NCBI GenBank assembly: GCA_934660865.1
Contig: CAKUIA010000002.1
Span: 157,893 to 189,892, forward strand
Source of the DNA: an uncultured Opitutales bacterium
GTDB taxonomy: Bacteria > Verrucomicrobiota > Verrucomicrobiia > Opitutales > Intestinicryptomonadaceae
DNA length: 32,000 nucleotides
Reading direction: 5' to 3'
Part shown: positions 19,491-26,103 of the stretch, piece by piece
Layout of the letters: every line of letters begins with the position of its first letter
Position numbering within the stretch: the first letter of the stretch is position 1
The notes under the pieces: generated by a model
Database searches by the model: none
What the model was told of the DNA's origin: nothing
The model's input: only the letters and a program-made list of their open reading frames with translations
Program-made: the position numbers and the translations under genes

Positions 19491-19652
19491 GAATGTCAAA
19501 TATAAATTCAAAAGATTGTTTGAATTATTTGCATAAAATAACTTACGCAAAATCAGCTGAACGGTTGGAACAGATTTTAAAACAATTTCTTTGCAACGCA
19601 AAATATATAATATTGTGTTTTTCAAAAGCTTGCAACAAAGCAAATGCCTATA

Positions 19653-19668
19653 GTATTTTAAATACGAT
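19653..19668. repeat. Right inverted repeat (IRR) GTATTTTAAATACGAT
   Basis: It is the exact reverse complement of 19475-19490 and ends 25 nt upstream of the ATG at 19694. Confidence 0.9.
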
Positions 19669-19693
19669 AGGCTTCCCTTAAATTTTAATCGTA

Positions 19694-20458
19694 ATGACGT
19701 ATGGCGTTTTTTTAGAGGAAGTGAATTCTATGCTTTCAAAATTTCCCGAAAGCAAGTTGCTTGTCCCCACATTGGGAGGGAGATCTTTGTTCTTGATTTA
19801 TGTGGAAAATGGCAAGTTAAAGATAGTAAATTCGAAAGGCAAAACATACGCTTTCACCGATAAGGAATACAATGCCATACAAAAGCGGTTTGTAGAATCG
19901 CCCGCTTTTGTCGCATTTAAAACTTGCAACTATACAAAAACAACAAATGCGGGGTGTATCGGCTGGACAACCCAAAACGGCAATAAAAATTGGATTTATT
20001 GGGGTTATTTGCCCGCTGTATTTCGCGAATTATATGCGCGCAATGAAATGTGCATAGGCAATTCTTATTTATACAACTCCCCCGATATGCGCTCGTATAC
20101 GGCTGTTGAGTGGAAAGACTTTCTCTCCTACATAAAAATTAGAGATATAATAAGCTCTATCTCGTATAACGATATTAATTTCGACAAAAAAGTTGAACTT
20201 TCGTCTTTTTTAAACGCCAAAAAAAAGGTTTGTGATTTTTTTGTAGGCAATAATTGGGGCATACATTGTGTCCTTTGGAGCAATATTGCAGACACCGTTG
20301 AGGACGAAACTTTGCGCTATATAGTTTTAATTATTTTAAAATGGCTTAGGAAAGAAATCATTAAGTGTTTTAAAAAATGGAAAGACAAAAAAGGAAAAAA
20401 TAAGTACCCGCGCCGCAACTGCAACAAATGCCCGCGCAACAAAAATTATAAACATTAA
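19694..20458 (+). CDS. Hypothetical protein (no recognisable domain; Trp/Tyr-rich core, Lys/Arg-rich C-terminal tail with CNKC)
   Basis: This is a 254-aa ORF and the first gene after the IR-flanked segment, 12 nt upstream of the next gene. An alternative start at 19730 has an AGAGGA about 10 nt upstream. Sampled GC is about 37%. Confidence 0.5.
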   Translation: MTYGVFLEEVNSMLSKFPESKLLVPTLGGRSLFLIYVENGKLKIVNSKGKTYAFTDKEYNAIQKRFVESPAFVAFKTCNYTKTTNAGCIGWTTQNGNKNWIYWGYLPAVFRELYARNEMCIGNSYLYNSPDMRSYTAVEWKDFLSYIKIRDIISSISYNDINFDKKVELSSFLNAKKKVCDFFVGNNWGIHCVLWSNIADTVEDETLRYIVLIILKWLRKEIIKCFKKWKDKKGKNKYPRRNCNKCPRNKNYKH

Positions 20459-20470
20459 AATTTTGTATTT

Positions 20471-22945
20471 ATGAAAAAATATATATTAACATTATCTTTC
20501 TTGGCGGCAGGAGTAATCTTTGCCGACAACGACATTCATACCGGCGAACTTAGCGGAAACTATTCGGGGGCTAGCCACGTTGATTCCGTTTGGGAAAATA
20601 CCTACGTTAAAGATGGAGAAAAGGTTATTTTTTCAACTCCCATAAAAAAAACAGACTATACTCGTGCAAATTTTGCAGACGCGAATCTAACCTCAGCGGC
20701 TTTTGATGGCGCAACATTGACAAATACAGATTTTACTAATGCAAACCTTTCCTCTGTGTCTTTTGGAGATGCAGTACTAAGAAATGCAAATTTTACAAGG
20801 GCAAATCTAACCTCGGCATCCTTTTTTTATGTATTAATGGATGAAGATAATGACATAGAACGTGGTGCGACATTGGAGAATGCGAATTTCACAGATGCGA
20901 TAGTCAAAAAGACCGATTTTTCGATGACCGTATCATGCGGATTTACAGAAGCACAGTTGAAATCCACGAAGAGCTATAAAGAAAAAGATTTAAGTGAAAT
21001 ATCTCTTGGTAATAACGATTTGAGTGGATGGGATTTTAGTGAACAGAATCTAACCTCGGCGGGGTTTTGGTGGTCAACATTGACAAATGCGAATTTTGCG
21101 GGGGCGAATCTAACCTCGGCGAGTTTTTCCGGTTCATTGACAAATGCGAATTTTACGAATGCTACAATTAAAGATGCAGGCTTTTCTGGTACTGTATCAC
21201 ATGGATTTACAGAAGCGCAGTTGAAATCCACGAAGAGCTATAAAGAAAAAGATTTAAGTGGAATATCTCTTGGTAGTAACGATTTAAGTGGATGGGATTT
21301 TAATGAACAGAATTTAACCTCGGCGGAGTTTGCCGGTTCAACATTGACAAATACGAATTTTACGAATGCTACAGTTAAAGAGGTTAATTTTATTGGGACC
21401 GTATCATGCGGATTTACAGAAGCACAGTTGAAATCCACGAAGAGCTATAAAGAAAAAGATTTAGGTGGAATACATCTTGATAGTAACGATTTAAGTGAGT
21501 GGGATTTTAGCGGTCAGAACCTAACCTCGGCGGGGTTTGAATTTGCGACATTGACAAACGCGAATTTTGCGGGGGCGAATTTAACCTCGGTGAATTTTTT
21601 CTCTTCAACATTGACAAATGCGAATTTTACGGGTGCTACGATTAAAGGCGCACGCTTTCAGCATGCTGTATCACGCGGATTTACGGAATCGCAGTTGAAA
21701 TCCACGAAGAGCTATAAAGAAAAAGATTTAAGTGGAATAGATCTTAGCAGTAGCGATTTGAGTGGATGGGATTTTAATGAACAGAATTTAACCTCGGCGA
21801 GTTTTTGCTTTTCAACATTGACAAATGCGAATTTTGCGGGGGCGAATTTAACCTCGGTGAATTTCGTAGATACGATAGTCAAAAAGGCCGATTTTTCGAT
21901 GACTGTATCACGCGGATTTACAGAAGCGCAGTTGAAATCCACGAAGAGCTATAAAGAAAAAGATTTAAGTGGAATAGATCTTAGCAATAGCGATTTGAGT
22001 GGATGGGATTTTAATGAACAGAATTTAACCTCGGCGAGTTTTTGCTTTTCAACATTGACAAATGCGAATTTTGCGGGGGCGAATTTAACCTCGGTGAATT
22101 TCGTAGATACGATAGTCAAAAAGGCCGATTTTTCGATGACTGTATCACGCGGATTTACAGAAGCGCAGTTGAAAACCACAACGAGCTATAAAGAAAAAGA
22201 TTTAAGTGGAATAAATCTTAGTAGTAACGATTTGAGCGGATGGGATTTTAGTGAACAGAATCTAACCTCGGCGAATTTTTACGATACCACATTGACGAAC
22301 GCGGATTTTACTAGCACAGACCTGCGCGGGGCTACACTTACCAACATAGACGGCACGCCGATTTACAAAAACACCATTATGACAGACGGTGTCATAAAAA
22401 ACTTTTCGATAACTTCGGCGGCAGATAACCTTACAATTCACAAATACACACCTGCAACTAGCGGCGGAGAAATTATTAGCGCAAAAGTTTCCGAAAGCCA
22501 CGCAACGGTTTCGGGAGGAGCAACACTTAAGTTAGATACAGGAGCGCAACTAGATATTGTAAACAAAAAGATGCTTATCATAGCCCAAGACGGCGCGCTT
22601 ATTATTGACACCTCTATAAGCGATCCAACGCAAATTTATGTAGAATCTTTGGCGGGATTATTGGTTATAGGCAGCAATTTTACCGTAAACATAACCGAAA
22701 GTCTTTTAGACAACGTTGAATACAAGTTCGACTTAATTTCGTTTGAAGACGGCGCTAATATAGACATTCCCGAAGAATGTGTATCGCTTACCGTAATGGG
22801 CGAAACTTTTAACGGAACTTGGAGTTGTGTTAAGGGCGAAAACACATTCAGCATAATTGCAACGCAAGTTCCGGAGCCCGCAACTGTTGCCGCAATCTTC
22901 GGCGCGCTTGCGTTGGCATTGGCGGTTTACAAACGCAAAAAATAA
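20471..22945 (+). CDS. Secreted pentapeptide-repeat protein with a C-terminal PEP-CTERM sorting signal
   Basis: It has the signal peptide MKKYILTLSFLAAGVIFA. Long runs of A(N/D)LxS/F-type pentapeptides occur (ANLTSAAFDGATLTNTDFTNANLSSVSF..), and the linker GFTEAQLKSTKSYKEKDL appears six times. The C-terminus VPEPATVAAIFGALALALAVYKRKK (22868-22942) is PEP motif, TM helix and basic tail. Confidence 0.85.
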   Translation: MKKYILTLSFLAAGVIFADNDIHTGELSGNYSGASHVDSVWENTYVKDGEKVIFSTPIKKTDYTRANFADANLTSAAFDGATLTNTDFTNANLSSVSFGDAVLRNANFTRANLTSASFFYVLMDEDNDIERGATLENANFTDAIVKKTDFSMTVSCGFTEAQLKSTKSYKEKDLSEISLGNNDLSGWDFSEQNLTSAGFWWSTLTNANFAGANLTSASFSGSLTNANFTNATIKDAGFSGTVSHGFTEAQLKSTKSYKEKDLSGISLGSNDLSGWDFNEQNLTSAEFAGSTLTNTNFTNATVKEVNFIGTVSCGFTEAQLKSTKSYKEKDLGGIHLDSNDLSEWDFSGQNLTSAGFEFATLTNANFAGANLTSVNFFSSTLTNANFTGATIKGARFQHAVSRGFTESQLKSTKSYKEKDLSGIDLSSSDLSGWDFNEQNLTSASFCFSTLTNANFAGANLTSVNFVDTIVKKADFSMTVSRGFTEAQLKSTKSYKEKDLSGIDLSNSDLSGWDFNEQNLTSASFCFSTLTNANFAGANLTSVNFVDTIVKKADFSMTVSRGFTEAQLKTTTSYKEKDLSGINLSSNDLSGWDFSEQNLTSANFYDTTLTNADFTSTDLRGATLTNIDGTPIYKNTIMTDGVIKNFSITSAADNLTIHKYTPATSGGEIISAKVSESHATVSGGATLKLDTGAQLDIVNKKMLIIAQDGALIIDTSISDPTQIYVESLAGLLVIGSNFTVNITESLLDNVEYKFDLISFEDGANIDIPEECVSLTVMGETFNGTWSCVKGENTFSIIATQVPEPATVAAIFGALALALAVYKRKK
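20939..22150 (+). repeat. Intragenic tandem modules (264, 207, 267, 237 and 237 bp), each starting with GGATTTAC..(GFTEAQLK)
   Basis: Module starts were read at 20939, 21203, 21410, 21677, 21914 and 22151, all in frame. The last two full modules (21677-21913 and 21914-22150) differ at 3 of 237 nt by hand alignment. Confidence 0.9.
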
Positions 22946-22964
22946 ACAAGTTAAATAACGGCCA

Positions 22965-23762
22965 ATGCCAAAAAGCTACAAAGTGTTTGTTATAAATCTC
23001 GACAGGTCGGCTGACCGCTGGGAGAACATGCACACGCAGCTTGATAAGCTTGGCCTGCCCTACGAACGCTTTGCCGCAATAGACGGCAAGAAGTGTTCCG
23101 ACGCCTTTTTGGGCGGTTATTATTCGGCATTTTTAAACAAAAAGCGCTATTTTGCAGACTTAAGCCGCGGCGAAATTGCCTGCTACATTAGCCACTTAAA
23201 AGTGTGCCAAAAAATTGTAGATTTAAATCTCGACTACGGCATTGTTTTGGAAGACGACATCGAATTAAGCCCCCTTTTTTATGCGGTTCCCTTTGCATTA
23301 AATGCAATTAAGCGCAAATGGAGCTACATTAAATTGATTGCGCCTTTTAAGCCGAAAAAAGTACGTTCGCGCACGCCGTTTGCGGTAGAAATTCCCGCAA
23401 CTTGCACAACCGAAAAGTTCGACGGCAAAACACCGCAAAAAAGCGAAAAACAAATTTTGGCCCCCTTTGTTTTTGAATTGGTAAGTTGGAACAAGCCGCC
23501 ATGCGGCACGCAGGCCTACGCCATAACAAAAGAGGGCGCAAAAGAATTTTTGGCAAAACGCTCGCGTTTTTTCCGCCCCATAGATGTAGACTTGCAATAT
23601 ACTTGGGAAACTTTGCTAACCATAGAGGGCCTATGCCCGTTTTTATGCAAAATTAAGGAACAACATTCCGAAATTGCACGCGCAAAAAAATACCACTACC
23701 CCTTTGCACGCTTAATTTACAAAATTAGGCGCGCAATTTGTAAAAAGCACAACGCCGCGTAA
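22965..23762 (+). CDS. Glycosyltransferase family 25 (LOS/LPS beta-1,4-galactosyltransferase-like)
   Basis: The N-terminus YKVFVINLDRSADRWENMHTQLDKLGLPYERFAAIDG and GEIACYISHLKVCQKIVD..GIVLEDDIEL are typical GT25 (Lic2/LgtB/LpsA-like). Confidence 0.8.
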   Translation: MPKSYKVFVINLDRSADRWENMHTQLDKLGLPYERFAAIDGKKCSDAFLGGYYSAFLNKKRYFADLSRGEIACYISHLKVCQKIVDLNLDYGIVLEDDIELSPLFYAVPFALNAIKRKWSYIKLIAPFKPKKVRSRTPFAVEIPATCTTEKFDGKTPQKSEKQILAPFVFELVSWNKPPCGTQAYAITKEGAKEFLAKRSRFFRPIDVDLQYTWETLLTIEGLCPFLCKIKEQHSEIARAKKYHYPFARLIYKIRRAICKKHNAA

Positions 23763-25324
23763 TGAAAAACTTAAGACACAAGATTTTCGTAATAAACATG
23801 GCGCAAAGCACACAAAGGTGGAAACAAATTTCCGCACAGCTCGACAAATTGGGTCTAGTTTACGAACGGGTAGAGGGCATAGACGCCTCGAAATTGTCTG
23901 CACAGGAAATGGCTGCCTACTATTCGTTCGAAAAAAATAGAACGCAATACCCGCGCCCCTTGAAAACGGGCGAAATAGGCTGCTACATTTCGCACATAAA
24001 ATGCTGGCAAAAAATTGAAGAGGAAAACCTCGATTTTGGCGTTGTTTTGGAAGACGACATTGTTTTGTCCGACAAGTTTTCGGCAGCGATAGATTTTTTG
24101 AAAACGCATTTTTCGGAATGGAATTTTGTTCGCCTGCAGGAGGAAAACAAAAACCGAATTTTATACAACGAAAAAGTTTTTGCGGAATTTAACCTAAGGG
24201 AATTTATAAGAACATCGGGCTGCACATGGGGGTATGCGGTAAATTTATATACCGCAATGTTTTTGCGGCTTAAGTGCGTGCCGTTTGGCATTACGGTAGA
24301 TTCTGCAATGCACTTTTACCACAAGCTTAATATTAAAACCCTTTGTCTTTTCCCGCCCGTTGTATTTGCGGGCAAAAATTCAGAATCGTGCATAAACACG
24401 GGTTCAAAGAAGCCCAAAAACTTCCATGTGCTGGCACGCCCCGCATTTAGCTTTCGCTGCTATATGGGCAAGCTTTTATATTTTTTTAAGCGCGACGGCT
24501 TGCCGACATTTATAAAAAATTGTTTGCACCTAAAAAAAGAAAAGCGCTTTAACGGAAGCATTGATTTTAACGTGTTATATTGCGCAAACGAAAAATACGC
24601 AAAATTTGCCGCCGTTTGCCTTATATCTCTGCTAAAAAACAACGGCAACTACAATGTAAACGTTCATCTATTCGAGTCGGATTTTTCTGAAAGCACAAAA
24701 AGAACTTTTCTTAAAATTGCGGAAAAATTCAAAAACGCCTCCCTATATTTTTATAAAATAGATTCGGACAAATTTTCCAAGCTTGGCACCAGTGTAGGCT
24801 ATATATCCAAAGAAGGTTATTACCGTTATTTGGCGGGCGAACTTATTGTCGGCAAAGACAATGTTTTATATTTGGATTGCGACACCATTGTAAACAAAGA
24901 CATTGGCGAAATCTTTTTAACCGATTTAAACGGAAATTTTTGCGCCGCAGTTGCCGACAAATACGTTATGCGCCACCAACTGCAAAAAAAATTGGGGCTT
25001 AAGGGAAAATATTTTAACAGCGGGGTATTGTTGTTCAATTTGCCGGAAATCAGAAAAGGCAACGCGGCGAACTCGCTGCTAGAAATCTCCGCAAAAAATT
25101 CGTTCAGATTTCAAGACCAAGACGCAATCAACATAGTTTTCAACGGCAAAATCGGGGAATTGCCCGGCAAATACAACAGCGTTTCAAAATCGGCATTGGG
25201 CGCAAAAATTATACACTATGTCGGGCCAAAAAAGCCGCACAATTCCCGCGAGATAAGCATTCGCAAATTTAAATACAAAAAATACGAGCGTTTGTTTAAT
25301 TCGCTAACAAAGCAGGCAATTTAA
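23762..25324 (+). CDS. Bifunctional glycosyltransferase: N-terminal GT25 domain fused to a C-terminal GT8 domain
   Basis: Residues 1 to about 215 are GT25 (IFVINMAQSTQRWKQISAQLDKLGLVYERVEGIDA, GEIGCYISHIKCW, VVLEDDIVL). Residues about 270-520 are GT8 (YCANEKYAKFAAVCLISLL, LDCDTIVNKDI, FNSGVLLFNL, QDQDAINIVFNGKI, IIHYVGPKKP). The start overlaps the upstream stop by 1 nt (TAATG). Confidence 0.8.
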   Translation: MKNLRHKIFVINMAQSTQRWKQISAQLDKLGLVYERVEGIDASKLSAQEMAAYYSFEKNRTQYPRPLKTGEIGCYISHIKCWQKIEEENLDFGVVLEDDIVLSDKFSAAIDFLKTHFSEWNFVRLQEENKNRILYNEKVFAEFNLREFIRTSGCTWGYAVNLYTAMFLRLKCVPFGITVDSAMHFYHKLNIKTLCLFPPVVFAGKNSESCINTGSKKPKNFHVLARPAFSFRCYMGKLLYFFKRDGLPTFIKNCLHLKKEKRFNGSIDFNVLYCANEKYAKFAAVCLISLLKNNGNYNVNVHLFESDFSESTKRTFLKIAEKFKNASLYFYKIDSDKFSKLGTSVGYISKEGYYRYLAGELIVGKDNVLYLDCDTIVNKDIGEIFLTDLNGNFCAAVADKYVMRHQLQKKLGLKGKYFNSGVLLFNLPEIRKGNAANSLLEISAKNSFRFQDQDAINIVFNGKIGELPGKYNSVSKSALGAKIIHYVGPKKPHNSREISIRKFKYKKYERLFNSLTKQAI

Positions 25325-25337
25325 CAAAGGGCACAAA

Positions 25338-26099
25338 ATGGATATTTGCTATTCTACAAACGAAAGTTTTTCGCCGTATATGGCGGTTTCCATCACGTCG
25401 CTTTTGGAAAACAACGCTTCGCACAGCGTGGTTGTCCATATTTTACATTCCGATTTAAGCGAAGCTACAATCGCACGCCTGTCGAAATTCGAAACGCGCT
25501 ATAAAAACGCGAAAATAGTATTCCATAAAATAGACGATTCGCGCTTTGAAAAATTCGGGCTGACAATAAAACATATTACAAAGGAAACATATTTCCGTTA
25601 TATGATAGCCGACGTTCTACCGAATATCGACCGCGTTTTGTATTTAGACGGCGACACAATCGTAAACGGCAATATTGCCGAACTTTTCGAGACGGACTTA
25701 ACAAACTGCTATTGCGCGGGAGTAAGCGATATTTACATAGAAAGCATAGGCTATAAAAAGACGCTCGATCTAAGCGGCCTATACATAAACGCGGGGGTAA
25801 TACTCTTTAACCTCGACGAAATGCGCAAAACCGACATCGCCGAAAAGCTTTTTAAACTTACCGCCGAAAACAATTTCAAATACCAAGACCAAGACGCAAT
25901 CAACATAGCCTTCAACGGCAAAATTAAGGAGCTTGACTGCGTCTACAACTTCAAGCGCGCCCACCAAAAGGCCTTCCCCGAAAAAATTCCCTCGGCAAAA
26001 ATCGTCCACTACGTCGGGCCAAATAAACCCTGGCGAAAGTTTACATTCAACAAGCTTAAGCGACTGTATTTTAAATATCAGAGAACCTATCAATTCTAA
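25338..26099 (+). CDS. Glycosyltransferase family 8 (LPS/LOS alpha-glycosyltransferase-like)
   Basis: It carries the GT8 blocks LDGDTIVNGNI (DxD), INAGVILFNL, QDQDAINIAFNGKI and IVHYVGPNKPW. It is a paralog of the GT8 half of the preceding gene. Confidence 0.85.
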   Translation: MDICYSTNESFSPYMAVSITSLLENNASHSVVVHILHSDLSEATIARLSKFETRYKNAKIVFHKIDDSRFEKFGLTIKHITKETYFRYMIADVLPNIDRVLYLDGDTIVNGNIAELFETDLTNCYCAGVSDIYIESIGYKKTLDLSGLYINAGVILFNLDEMRKTDIAEKLFKLTAENNFKYQDQDAINIAFNGKIKELDCVYNFKRAHQKAFPEKIPSAKIVHYVGPNKPWRKFTFNKLKRLYFKYQRTYQF

Positions 26100-26103
26100 C
26101 AAT

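Larger units (their letters stand above)
19475..19668. promoter_or_regulatory. Candidate invertible promoter element: a 162-bp AT-rich core (19491-19652) bounded by 16-bp inverted repeats
   Basis: The IR pair flanks the whole recombinase-operon intergenic region. Promoter-like hexamers are TATAAT at 19606-19611 (+), TTGCAA at 19630-19635 with an 18-nt spacer to TATTTT at 19654-19659 (+), and TTGAAT at 19511-19506 with a 16-nt spacer to TATTTT at 19489-19484 (-). The function is inferred only. Confidence 0.45.
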
